This document shows positions 48,048 to 57,709 of a DNA stretch of 64,000 nucleotides, in pieces. This DNA comes from Candidatus Sumerlaeales bacterium (GTDB lineage: Bacteria > Sumerlaeota > Sumerlaeia > Sumerlaeales > Sumerlaeaceae): contig JBBSQY010000009.1 in assembly GCA_038243585.1 (NCBI GenBank), positions 25,076 through 89,075 of the forward strand, written 5' to 3'. Positions within the stretch are counted from its first letter, which is position 1. Every line of letters starts with the position of its first letter. A program made the position numbers and the translations under genes. The notes beneath the pieces are model-generated. The model did no database searches. It was given only the letters and a program-made list of their open reading frames with translations, and had not been told where the DNA came from.

Positions 48048-48941
48048 TTATGCTGCGAAGGTGAATGCGCAGATAACCACTATGTCGCTGATGGCCCAAA
48101 GCTTTAGTGCGCGGTACATTCCCTTTTGGCTGGGATAGCCCTCGGTACGCCTCAGCCAGTCGATGGTAAAGATGATCCACGCACCGCTCGAGCAGGCCAG
48201 TGCCGCATAACCCCAGACATTCATATTGATGGCCCACGCTGCTGCTATCTGACAAAAACCCGACGCAACCACCAGCGCCACCGAGAGCGCGAGTACATTT
48301 CTAGTGCCAAATCTCACAACCAGGGTTCTATCGCCTTTGGCCATGTCCTCGGCCAGTTGGTATATCTGCGTCATGGGGTAAAACGCGCCGAAGAGAAACG
48401 CGAAACCAAAAGCCAGCCACACAATCGCGCTGAAAAGCCCTGGATGTTCCAAGCCTGTGCCAGGCGCAAGGGCACCAGCGGCAAAATTGAACGCGCCATA
48501 GCCGGCCATGTTGATAGCGAGATCGACACCCGGCACTGCTTTCAGGCGCAGGGGAGGAACGCTGTAAACCAGGCTTAGCAGGAAACAGGTGGCATACGTC
48601 CAGAAATATCCCCACGGCAGAGCAAATGCGCCTGCCAGTCCTAGAACCATAAGGTTGATCGAAGTATGCGCCAGAGTGGGAGGAGTTGGTGGCGGATCGT
48701 CCAGGTAGCCAATATCGCTGCCGACTTCGTCCTTATCAAACGCGCTGTTGACGGCGAGAGTGCCACCATTCAAAAAGATTGCCCAAAGGGCTCCTCCCGC
48801 CAGGTATTGGAGGACCATGCGAACGGTCAATTCCGGAGCGTGCCCCATGGCAATGGCGGCTCCGCCTGAAAAGTGAGCGAACACGATCGGCCAGGATTTG
48901 GGTCTCAGGTGGAGATATGTGGCATGTAGGTTAGAGGACAT
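48048..48941 (-). CDS. UbiA-family prenyltransferase, divergent
   Basis: LRP..W, NSAFDKD, YSVPPLRLK, ED..KGD.T, many TM helices. Confidence 0.8.
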   Translation of the reverse strand: MSSNLHATYLHLRPKSWPIVFAHFSGGAAIAMGHAPELTVRMVLQYLAGGALWAIFLNGGTLAVNSAFDKDEVGSDIGYLDDPPPTPPTLAHTSINLMVLGLAGAFALPWGYFWTYATCFLLSLVYSVPPLRLKAVPGVDLAINMAGYGAFNFAAGALAPGTGLEHPGLFSAIVWLAFGFAFLFGAFYPMTQIYQLAEDMAKGDRTLVVRFGTRNVLALSVALVVASGFCQIAAAWAINMNVWGYAALACSSGAWIIFTIDWLRRTEGYPSQKGMYRALKLWAISDIVVICAFTFAA

Positions 48942-49000
48942 GAAGAATATAAAGTGGTTACCTTACTGACGGACAGGTGTTTGCAAATGCAAAAGTGGTG

Positions 49001-49279
49001 TCAGGAGTGTGAATCGATGATTTGAAGGTGGTCCCAGTAAGCTGCCACTATTTGTCCTGCCAGATCCGGGTCACCACAAAAAGCGGTCTTGTCCATACGC
49101 TGCCGCAGGCCCTCGTTATCTTTAAGCAGCTGCTCGGTCACGATAGGTGTCAGCGTAAAATGCGTCTGCCATAATTCTTCTTGCGTCAGAGAACGCAGGT
49201 CGGCCAGCTGTTTCTCCGTGAGATTCTGATTAAGCCAGAGAAAACACTCTGAAAGGGTTGTGGGACGATCGACGGTCAT
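49001..49279 (-). CDS. Small hypothetical protein, DUF6794-like
   Basis: P.TL.EC...L, HF.L and D....I...YW..L pattern. Confidence 0.5.
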   Translation of the reverse strand: MTVDRPTTLSECFLWLNQNLTEKQLADLRSLTQEELWQTHFTLTPIVTEQLLKDNEGLRQRMDKTAFCGDPDLAGQIVAAYWDHLQIIDSHS

Positions 49280-49379
49280 GTCAGTTAGTTATGCTTCCGC
49301 AGAAAAACTATTGCGTGTAGGCAGGCATGGCGACGCATATGCAAATAAATACAATGGACAGCATCTGAGGAAACTTAAC

Positions 49380-50090
49380 ATGATCATAACCAGATTCGCA
49401 GTCATTTTAACAGGAGCAATTATGTCTGTAACATTTGGTGCGCAGGCGGATACTGCAACTTCAGAGGTGGTCGTTAGAGACGACGGCACTACCACCGTGG
49501 AACGACCCCCGGTGGAAACCGGAGAGTTTCTGGTAAGCGATCTTGTGGAAATCGTAAAAGTTGATCCACGGGTGATACTGGATATACGCTATGCCACAAC
49601 CAGCAATTTCGCGGGAGAAAAGGTTTATCCGGAGGCGCGGGCGTTTTTGCAGCGTCCTGCTGCGGAAGCTTTGAAGCGCGCTCATGATCGGCTGCAGGCG
49701 CAAGGCTATGGTATTATCATTTATGACGCCTATCGGCCATGGGACGTAACGAAGAAATTCTGGGATATAACTTCGCAGGACAAAAAGGAATTCGTGGCAG
49801 ATCCGGCCAGAGGGTCACGCCACAATCGCGGTTGCGCTGTAGATGTTTCGCTGTATGATAACAAAACCAGCAAGCCGGTCGCCATGCCCACAGACTATGA
49901 TGAGTTTACTGACCGCGCCTATCCAACCTACGCGGGTGGAACCGAAGAGAGCCGAAAGCATCGGGAGCTTTTAAGAAACGCCATGGAAGCCGAAGGGTAT
50001 AAAATTTACTCGTCAGAATGGTGGCACTTCGATTTCCAGGGATTTGAAAAGTACCGGATCATGAACCTTTCGTTTTCCGAGATAAACTAA
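49380..50090 (+). CDS. D-Ala-D-Ala dipeptidase (M15D, VanX/DdpX-like), exported
   Basis: DAYRP, SRHNRGCAVD, EWWHF; signal peptide; GAGGA RBS. Confidence 0.93.
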   Translation: MIITRFAVILTGAIMSVTFGAQADTATSEVVVRDDGTTTVERPPVETGEFLVSDLVEIVKVDPRVILDIRYATTSNFAGEKVYPEARAFLQRPAAEALKRAHDRLQAQGYGIIIYDAYRPWDVTKKFWDITSQDKKEFVADPARGSRHNRGCAVDVSLYDNKTSKPVAMPTDYDEFTDRAYPTYAGGTEESRKHRELLRNAMEAEGYKIYSSEWWHFDFQGFEKYRIMNLSFSEIN

Positions 50091-50111
50091 CCGCGCCCAA
50101 AGGCAAAATCT

Positions 50112-53100
50112 ATGAGTGAAGATATGGGGATAATACCTCCAACAGCGAAATCGCCTGAGCCGGAACCAATTGCGGTGGCGGCAACGCATTCGTTGCTGGA
50201 TGTTCTGATCGAGCGGCTTTACGCCGGCATCACTCGAGGTCCCGCCATTAACTGTACGCCCGGCCGCAGTCGTCAGCGGGCAGATCTTCAACTGCTCGAA
50301 GCAATACCCGACGTGTCAGGCACGGCGATTCTGCGCGAACTGATGACAGGATCGGGCCGGTGGCGTAAGCGCATAACTGTAGAACAGTTGCTGGATGAAA
50401 CCGGGGAAGACGCGCCGGCGGATGAAGACAAGACCATCGCCGCTGGAAAGAAAAAAATCGGGGAACTTAAAGCCGTACTGCGGCGCCTGTCTACCATCGC
50501 GGATGACGCCTTTCAATTCCAGCAGGACACGGGAGCTCATGTTCTCTATCTTGGTTATCCGCTCCTGAGTATTCCTCCGTCGTCGTTAGGCTTCGGTAAG
50601 AGCCCACGAGTGCTGGCACCACTGGCGTTCATACCCATAAGCGTGGTCGCGGGCAAGGGCAGCACACCGTTTGTTGAACTTTCCTGTGCCGCTGCAGGCG
50701 CCGAGCTGGTCTTCATGAATGAAGCAGTAAAAGTCTTTCTAGAAAGGCAAATGGGGAAGAAATTTCCTGAATTCTTTGAAGACGAAGATGGGGCTGAACC
50801 GGCTCGGGAGCTAGCCGAAATCTGCGCGGCAGCGGCCACAATGCTGGAACTGCCAGAGACGCCGGACCTGGCGGAGTGGCCGGTTCTTCCCGTGCCGGAT
50901 ACTGCTGACTTGCCGGCAGGAGCCACGATATTGCCATCGGCAGTAATTGGTCTGTTCCGGCTGGAAAATCAGAACATGATCACCGACCTGCAGACTCTAA
51001 AAGGAGCTAAAATTTATCCGCCAACGGTCGCTCCTTTTTTGACCCTCAATGTTGACCTTCAGGATAAGTCAGCCGAAAGTGACACCGAGGGGCCGGCCAT
51101 TGTCGACTCTGCGGATCAGCGGCACGAGCAGGAGTTTATGGTCACTCTTGCGGATCCGTCTCAGCGCCAAGCCGTGTTAATGGCCCGGAGCGCTAAAACC
51201 CTGGTAGTCCACGGGCCACCGGGTACCGGAAAAAGCCAGACCATCGCAAATATTGTGGGGGACTACCTCGCGAGGGATCGGCGTGTGCTTGTGGTATGCG
51301 ATAAGCGCACTGCGCTGGACGTCGTCAAGAATCGGCTGGATCACATTGGGCTTGGGCACTTATGCGCCGTGGTCCACGATGCCAGCCGGGATCGCGCGGC
51401 CCTGTTCAAAATGGCCCGGGATCGGCTGGATGTTTTAGCGGATACCCAGCCGGGCGAAAGCCCGGAGCCTCGACTTAAGGCTCTGAACGATGAGCTGAAC
51501 CTGGAGCAAGGGAAACTACGAGAATTCTTAAAGGCGCTGCGCCTCAAGGGCGACGCGGGCAGTAACTTTACAGAGCTGACAGGGGAATGGCTTCGCTCTT
51601 CAACAGCAAACCAGGCCAGCCCATTTTCGGGACATAACGACGGTCTAAGCGATATAACACCGGAACAACTATACCAGGGTCGGGGTGTCGTAGAGGGTGT
51701 GTTTCGACGGGGCACAGATTGCCAGTACGAACTCAATCCCTGGCGCGGGAAACACGGGTTTACCGTTCAGAGTTTCATGAGCCGCAATGTTGCGGAACTG
51801 CGGCAGGCGCTGGATCATATTGTGGAGACGGCCGGCGAAGCAGATAGCGGACGCGTCGCAGACGCCCCTGTTCTGCCCGCACATGCCGATTTGGGTGAGG
51901 AAGCAGCCCGGGCAGAAAAGTTATCAGCCTTGGCCAATGCGCTGATCCAAGCTAATTCCAACTCAGCGGTCTCAGTACCTTCCTTCTCCAAAGCGCAAGT
52001 CGCTGCAGTAGGCGAGGCCATAGCGGCAGTCGGTGAAAATTCGAAATCTCTCGCTGTTCCATTAGATGCCGAACTGCGTCTGGGTCACAATTCTGCGCCC
52101 CGGTCGTTGCCGGAAGTCTCCACTGATCTTGGTTCAATACAACAGTATCTGGAAAAGGGACTCGGTTTGCTGGGCTGGTTCCGATTCGCGGTTCGGGCAG
52201 CGGCAAAAGCAGTTACAGCGCGCTACGGACTTCCTCTCAACGAACAGTCAGCATCACGCCTGAAGGTTTATCTGACCGGCCTTCGTTCCCGAATATTGGT
52301 ACAGGCAACTGCCTCTGAGTACGTGCAGGGAGTTGAAGTCTCTCCCCTGATGAGCGACACTCATCTTTCAGGACTATGGAATCAGCTTCTCGCAACCACC
52401 ACTTTTCTCGTCCAACTCGACGCCGCACCCGGATGGGAGTCTGTGGCGGCAAGGTATCGCGAACAGCTTGCCGCCGGGCGATCAATCGAAACCATGTCCA
52501 CGGAATTAACCGCGATTCATCACGATTTGTTACGGCGGGATACGTTGCTTTCGGCTGTCAAAAGCGCTCAGCTTTTTAATGACGAGGCAATATTGCAGCT
52601 CCGCTCCAGCATCGCCTCTGGAGAGATGATGCTTCCGATTATAACAGAATTTAAAACAAGTTTTGAACGCCTTGACAGCCTTTTGCGAATGGAGGCAGAA
52701 GCGGGAGAACTCCCAGCACCTCTCGGCGCTGCTGCACTGGCCGTTGCCGCTGCCGGGTTCGACGGAGAGGCCGGTTGGCTGCATCTCGTCGAGCCAGTAA
52801 TGGAAGGTGAAATTAAACGGCGTCTTGCGGGATCTCCACCCTTGAGCGCCATGGACGCAACTGCCGTCAGATCTTCAATTAGTCGCATCCAAACTATGGG
52901 TGACCAAAAACGCAAATTGGCGGCGGACTGGATCAACTGGAAATGGACAGACAAGCAGCGGACGCGCCTGCTGGCCGGGACAGGCAGCAGGCTGAACAGC
53001 GACGGTGCCGACCTGCGCCGCCGACTCGCGATCCGCGGTAAAAATGCGAGCCGGATACGGCAGGTAATCCAGCAGGGAGCAAATCCGCAGGGGCTCCAGG

Positions 53101-54548
53101 ATCCTCTGTTCGATCTGTGCCCAGTGTGGATGGCCAGTCCGGAAACCGTCGCGCAACTCTTCCCGCTTGAACCAGTTTTTGATGCAGTGGTTTTTGACGA
53201 AGCCAGTCAATGCCGTCTGGAGCAGGGGATAGGGGTACTGGCTCGGGGAAGTCAGGTCATTATTGCCGGGGATACAAGGCAATTACCGCCGACGCGCTTC
53301 TTCGAAGCGGCGGTTGTGTCCGGAGCCGAGGGCGACCTGGATTCCGACGACCCGGACGCGCTGTTCACTAGTCAGCAGTCCGACATCGAAGACCTTCTGA
53401 CCGCCGCTCTCAACATCGAAGTTGAACAGACTTTTCTTGAGATTCACTACCGGTCATCCAGCTCCGAACTGATCGAGTTCAGCAATCGGGCATTCTATGG
53501 CGGGCGGCTTCACGCCCTACCCGCGCGGCCCGACGCGAACATTCGGCAGGCGCCGGTTCGCCTTCATCAAATTGGGGGAACGTATGTCAAACGTCAAAAC
53601 GAAATGGAAGCGGATCACGTGGTTGGGCTCGTCCGCGAGTGGCTGTCAAAGCCGGAACCGCCGTCCATCGGAATTGTAACTTTTAACCTGACCCAAAAAG
53701 ATCTTATTACAGATAAGCTGGAGGAAGCCGCGCTGGCGGACGAAACTTTCGGACGCCTGTTCGAGGCGGCCCGCACGCGACAAGGCAAAGGCTCTTTCGA
53801 GGGGCTTTTTGTCAAAAATCTGGAAAGCGTTCAGGGAGACGAACGGGATGTCATCATCCTGAGCTGCACATATGGCCCCGACACAAACGGAAAATTTTAT
53901 CGGCGGTTCGGCCCCCTTGCATTATCCGGCGGGGAGCGGCGTCTGAATGTCATTATCACGCGGGCGAGAGATGTCGTCGAGGTCGTCTCGTCGATTCCGG
54001 AAACAGAATACATGACGCTTGCATCCGCTCCAGACGGAACCAAGCCAACCGGTTCCTGGCACTTTATGGATTATCTGCGCTACGCCCGGGAGGTGTCATC
54101 GTCGGCCGGGATAACAGGCCAGCAAGTCCTTCCCGATGGAGATGAATCAGCAAATGTGCCAAAGCCAAAACCGGCGGCGGAAAGCAAATCGTCAAAAGTT
54201 TCGCGCAGCCAGCTTACCGATACACTGGCAGCCCATTTACTCAGGCAGTACCAGCTAAACCCTGTCACCTATCTTGGGACAGAAGGATTTCAGATAGACA
54301 TGGCGTTCCCGGCGCAATCGGGCGACCAGGCACCTTCCAACGGGATTCAGATAGACGGATCCCGGTACACAAAGGCGAGCGACGCGGCCGAGTGGGAAGT
54401 GTATCAGGACGGCATTTTGAAATCTCGCGGCTGGAAACCAACCGGGTTCTGGAGCCCCCAGATTTTCAGAGATTCGCAAGGAACAATAAAGGCGATGGCA
54501 GCAGAAGCATCACCTGGAAAACTTGCACAAGACAAAACCAAATCCTAA
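50112..54548 (+). CDS. DUF4011-like domain + SF1 (UPF1/DNA2-like) helicase + C-terminal Vsr/MTES_1575-like nuclease domain
   Basis: GAHVLYLG...APL.FIP.; GPPGTGKS; DEASQ; GDTRQLPP; HYRS; VQGDERD; RRLNV.ITRAR; FQIDMA...IDG..Y...L..RGW...WS. Confidence 0.85.
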   Translation: MSEDMGIIPPTAKSPEPEPIAVAATHSLLDVLIERLYAGITRGPAINCTPGRSRQRADLQLLEAIPDVSGTAILRELMTGSGRWRKRITVEQLLDETGEDAPADEDKTIAAGKKKIGELKAVLRRLSTIADDAFQFQQDTGAHVLYLGYPLLSIPPSSLGFGKSPRVLAPLAFIPISVVAGKGSTPFVELSCAAAGAELVFMNEAVKVFLERQMGKKFPEFFEDEDGAEPARELAEICAAAATMLELPETPDLAEWPVLPVPDTADLPAGATILPSAVIGLFRLENQNMITDLQTLKGAKIYPPTVAPFLTLNVDLQDKSAESDTEGPAIVDSADQRHEQEFMVTLADPSQRQAVLMARSAKTLVVHGPPGTGKSQTIANIVGDYLARDRRVLVVCDKRTALDVVKNRLDHIGLGHLCAVVHDASRDRAALFKMARDRLDVLADTQPGESPEPRLKALNDELNLEQGKLREFLKALRLKGDAGSNFTELTGEWLRSSTANQASPFSGHNDGLSDITPEQLYQGRGVVEGVFRRGTDCQYELNPWRGKHGFTVQSFMSRNVAELRQALDHIVETAGEADSGRVADAPVLPAHADLGEEAARAEKLSALANALIQANSNSAVSVPSFSKAQVAAVGEAIAAVGENSKSLAVPLDAELRLGHNSAPRSLPEVSTDLGSIQQYLEKGLGLLGWFRFAVRAAAKAVTARYGLPLNEQSASRLKVYLTGLRSRILVQATASEYVQGVEVSPLMSDTHLSGLWNQLLATTTFLVQLDAAPGWESVAARYREQLAAGRSIETMSTELTAIHHDLLRRDTLLSAVKSAQLFNDEAILQLRSSIASGEMMLPIITEFKTSFERLDSLLRMEAEAGELPAPLGAAALAVAAAGFDGEAGWLHLVEPVMEGEIKRRLAGSPPLSAMDATAVRSSISRIQTMGDQKRKLAADWINWKWTDKQRTRLLAGTGSRLNSDGADLRRRLAIRGKNASRIRQVIQQGANPQGLQDPLFDLCPVWMASPETVAQLFPLEPVFDAVVFDEASQCRLEQGIGVLARGSQVIIAGDTRQLPPTRFFEAAVVSGAEGDLDSDDPDALFTSQQSDIEDLLTAALNIEVEQTFLEIHYRSSSSELIEFSNRAFYGGRLHALPARPDANIRQAPVRLHQIGGTYVKRQNEMEADHVVGLVREWLSKPEPPSIGIVTFNLTQKDLITDKLEEAALADETFGRLFEAARTRQGKGSFEGLFVKNLESVQGDERDVIILSCTYGPDTNGKFYRRFGPLALSGGERRLNVIITRARDVVEVVSSIPETEYMTLASAPDGTKPTGSWHFMDYLRYAREVSSSAGITGQQVLPDGDESANVPKPKPAAESKSSKVSRSQLTDTLAAHLLRQYQLNPVTYLGTEGFQIDMAFPAQSGDQAPSNGIQIDGSRYTKASDAAEWEVYQDGILKSRGWKPTGFWSPQIFRDSQGTIKAMAAEASPGKLAQDKTKS

Positions 54549-54592
54549 TTTGAAATGCCTCGGGTGTCTTATACCGGCGCGCTAAATTGTTT

Positions 54593-54627
54593 GGAGAAGC
54601 CCAGCTTTTAATATGCTGGGCTTCTCC
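54593..54627. terminator. Probable bidirectional terminator
   Basis: 13-bp perfect stem GGAGAAGCCCAGC/GCTGGGCTTCTCC between convergent genes. Confidence 0.75.
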
Positions 54628-54641
54628 TACTTTCACTGCTG

Positions 54642-55007
54642 TCAGTAAAGTTGCTTCGGATTCGGTCCGTACTCATTGTCCACCGGTTCGCTGTCCAACA
54701 CCATGAGAACCAGAAGTATAAGGTTAATAAGTGGAATGAGACCTATAAGTAACCACCAGGCGCTACGCCCGGTATCATGCAGGCGACGCACAGCCACTGC
54801 CAGGCTTGGGATTAAGACAGCCAGCCCATAAATAGCAGTTAAAATTCCATAAGGAGAATCACCAAGCTGAAGTCCGGCGGCGGAATCAATTATTGCGAGC
54901 ACGATGTACACTATAATATTAAACAAAGTAAACATCCAGTACTCTTTGCGACGTGCCCGACCGCTAAAAACAGCGTATTTTCTTAATACTTCCATGTACC
55001 AATTCAT
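54642..55007 (-). CDS. DUF805 (YhaH/YhaI-like) inner-membrane protein
   Basis: KYAVFSGRARRKEYW, VRRLHDTGRS, NEYGPNP. Confidence 0.95.
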   Translation of the reverse strand: MNWYMEVLRKYAVFSGRARRKEYWMFTLFNIIVYIVLAIIDSAAGLQLGDSPYGILTAIYGLAVLIPSLAVAVRRLHDTGRSAWWLLIGLIPLINLILLVLMVLDSEPVDNEYGPNPKQLY

Positions 55008-55118
55008 TTTTGGGACTCCTTGTGAGGTGAAGTGAGCTTATGGCAGCACGGAAACACAAGTAAAGGTTATTGTTAATAAATAGTCGAGTTAATGTTTTAA
55101 GCTGTTTTTCCTCATCTG

Positions 55119-55952
55119 TTACGGCAGCTGAGTATAGTCTCCTTCGAGCACCATATCCGCATTGATTAATACTAGGTTATTGTTTTTATCTGCGGACCAT
55201 TTAATTGCGTTGATAAGCCAATGATTAACCTCCGGAGAAAGCTCCGGGTGCGGCCCAAACGCCACAATGCGGCCCTGTTCATACGGCGCCGCGATCACTG
55301 CGTCGCGTCCGCCCATCTGCCCGGCGGGGGCACCTTCAGCGTGGAGATCGGTTTCATATTGCACCAGGGGCGTGTAATCGGTTAAACCGCTGACGGATGC
55401 CGGCGCGAAAATCGGCCCATTTTCGTACCACATCGTTCGCGACGACTCGTCATCGGATGCGCCGAGAATCTTCACGCTGATAAACTTCTCACCGCGAGCC
55501 CAGTTGTCGCTGTCGTGATTCTTCGCGTCGATGATGTCCAGCGCTGCGGTGGCCGGGCTCCATCCCTCGGCGACATAGTATCCCCCCGCGCAAATCGCGA
55601 TCAATCCTTTTCCGGTCTTGATGCGCTGCGCAATTCGTTTGCCGGCTTCTTCGCCGACAGCCTTGGCCTCTCCGCCGCCGGTTCCGCCAGGCAGGATAAA
55701 GACGTCATGATGCTCCAGGAAATCCTCCGCACGCACAGTTTCCGTGGTGACTTTTTCCACCCGCAGGTCGGTCCGCCCCTGCAGTAGCTTGTATATGGCT
55801 TCCCTGCTTTTGGCGTCCGTGCTCGATGGATCCGCGAAAAGTGCGACTCGAACAACAGACGTTTTTGCGTCGTTAATTTGTGCCAATACGGGAGCGAGGA
55901 CGGAGCAAATCACCGCCGCAATTGCAAAGTGTCTGGTAGCTGAGATGGACAT
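55119..55952 (-). CDS. BPL_N / class I glutamine amidotransferase-like protein, exported
   Basis: LPGG, ICAGGY nucleophile, NGP, GPHPE; signal peptide. Confidence 0.8.
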   Translation of the reverse strand: MSISATRHFAIAAVICSVLAPVLAQINDAKTSVVRVALFADPSSTDAKSREAIYKLLQGRTDLRVEKVTTETVRAEDFLEHHDVFILPGGTGGGEAKAVGEEAGKRIAQRIKTGKGLIAICAGGYYVAEGWSPATAALDIIDAKNHDSDNWARGEKFISVKILGASDDESSRTMWYENGPIFAPASVSGLTDYTPLVQYETDLHAEGAPAGQMGGRDAVIAAPYEQGRIVAFGPHPELSPEVNHWLINAIKWSADKNNNLVLINADMVLEGDYTQLP

Positions 55953-56210
55953 TCGATAATCAACCTTTAATTGAGGAATTGCATCAAGTGGCGATGATAT
56001 TATTGGAGTGTAGCCGGGTGACAACGAAGTCAATAGTTTGCATCAAGGCGGTTTCAAAGGCTTTCATAGAAGGCTAAAAAATCCCGTTAGTCGGTATAAG
56101 TAGTTCAGATTGAGCGTGCTGCATAATAATGTCCTACTGCACTGAGATTGTGCTTGAGTTCGTCTGAGAAATCTTTAGAAACACCGGAAATAAGCAGGAA
56201 CGAGTCCGTG

Positions 56211-57659
56211 ATGAATAGTAACTTGTGGTCTTTAGCCTTTGGTTTACTTATTCTGGTATCTCCGCTGTGTGGCCAGGTAGCCGTGCCAGACTCGCCAGTG
56301 ATGGCGTTACCTGAAATAGGAAAGCTTCCCTATAACATGCAGATGCACGGCACAGCTATTGTCGGTAACAGGATTTACGTTTTCGGAGGCGACCTGGCAG
56401 GCGGGGTGAACGAGACTCTGTGGACCAACAAAGTTCAATCCGCTCCAATTGACATTACTTCGCGCTCCTTCGGGGAATGGCGCGATGAAGAACCGTTGCC
56501 TGAATTGCGAGCTTACCTCAATAACTGCGTAGAGGTGGTTAACGATCGTATCTATATTGTCGGCGGCAGCTCCTTCAAATCCGCGACAATTGAAAATGCA
56601 GTACAACGGGTGAATACGGTTCTGTGGACGCAGGTCGGGGCGGATGGCAAACTAAAGCCCTGGACCGTTAGCAAGTCGTTCCCTGGGGACGGAGTGGTAT
56701 TATCCGCATCTTGTTCCACCGAGGATCAATTGCTGTTAACCGGGGGATTGGAGAACGGGGGGCACGCCGAAATTTATGCTGCCGATCTTGGCCCCGAGGG
56801 CAATGTTCTATCCTGGAGAACTGCCGGAAAATTTCCGATGCCGCTTTATAACCACGGTGCCTGCGTCCAATCCGGGCGCATATATGCCTGGGGCGGACAA
56901 AGCGCCAAGAAAACCTTTAATAACCGTGTAATATCCGCGCCCTTTTCCAAAAGCGGAGAGGTTGGTCTTTGGCGTGACGAAGCACCTATGCCAGAATCAA
57001 TATACAACTCAGCCTGTTGCGGGCTGAATGACTATATTGTGTCGATCGGCGGACGAAACCTTTCCGGAATGCCTGTTAAAGATATCTGGTTTGCCCGTCT
57101 GGAAGGTGGTTATGTAAATCGATGGCAGCAGGTAAATACGAACCTGCATTCTACTACCTATCACTCTGTAGGTTTGCAAAGGGATAACGGCTGGGTCTTT
57201 ATTACCGGTGGAAAGTCAAGCCAGGCGCAGGGTGCCGGATCTTCGGGAACATCCAATGTGGTGCAGGCTTTCCAAGTGCCCCAACAGGCAAAAGATCGCT
57301 TAAAAGTGTTGAGCTCCGGAGGAGACAAAGCAGCCGAGAATTTTCATTCTATGGAGATGGCACTCTCAAAAGCCACCGCCTCCAATAAAACGGTTCTGGC
57401 GTTTTTCTACTCGCCAGAGGTTCCGGCGTGTAAACGCTTCTGGGACAAAGTCGTCACGCTGCCAGCCTTTCAGGCGCTTAGCGAAAAATACGTTCTCGCG
57501 GCAATCGACACATCCCAGAAAGGTTCCGCATGGGGATCGAAATTCGAAATCTTTAAAGTGCCCAGTCTTGTAGAGGTTTCCGCATCTGGCACAGCTTTGA
57601 AAAGCGTCCGGGGGATCGATACCATGGAAGAGGTAAACGCGTTTCTTCGCGGGAAGTGA
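56211..57659 (+). CDS. Secreted Kelch-repeat protein with C-terminal thioredoxin-like domain
   Basis: Repeats IYVFGG, IYIVGG, LLTGG, IYAWGG, VSIGG, FITGG with Trp; C-terminal LAFFYSPEVPACKR...VPS. Confidence 0.82.
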   Translation: MNSNLWSLAFGLLILVSPLCGQVAVPDSPVMALPEIGKLPYNMQMHGTAIVGNRIYVFGGDLAGGVNETLWTNKVQSAPIDITSRSFGEWRDEEPLPELRAYLNNCVEVVNDRIYIVGGSSFKSATIENAVQRVNTVLWTQVGADGKLKPWTVSKSFPGDGVVLSASCSTEDQLLLTGGLENGGHAEIYAADLGPEGNVLSWRTAGKFPMPLYNHGACVQSGRIYAWGGQSAKKTFNNRVISAPFSKSGEVGLWRDEAPMPESIYNSACCGLNDYIVSIGGRNLSGMPVKDIWFARLEGGYVNRWQQVNTNLHSTTYHSVGLQRDNGWVFITGGKSSQAQGAGSSGTSNVVQAFQVPQQAKDRLKVLSSGGDKAAENFHSMEMALSKATASNKTVLAFFYSPEVPACKRFWDKVVTLPAFQALSEKYVLAAIDTSQKGSAWGSKFEIFKVPSLVEVSASGTALKSVRGIDTMEEVNAFLRGK

Positions 57660-57672
57660 CAGCTACGTTCGG

Positions 57673-57697
57673 GTAGGGACGGCTCACCGAGCCGCCC
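57673..57697 (+). repeat. REP-like palindrome with GTAG foot
   Basis: GTAG-GGACGGCTC-ACC-GAGCCGCCC between convergent genes. Confidence 0.6.
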
Positions 57698-57709
57698 GCT
57701 CCATTGCGA

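Noticed and set aside
49380..50090. vanX glycopeptide-resistance gene
   Set aside because: No vanH/vanA/vanRS neighbours; signal peptide and diderm host fit a housekeeping DdpX-like enzyme
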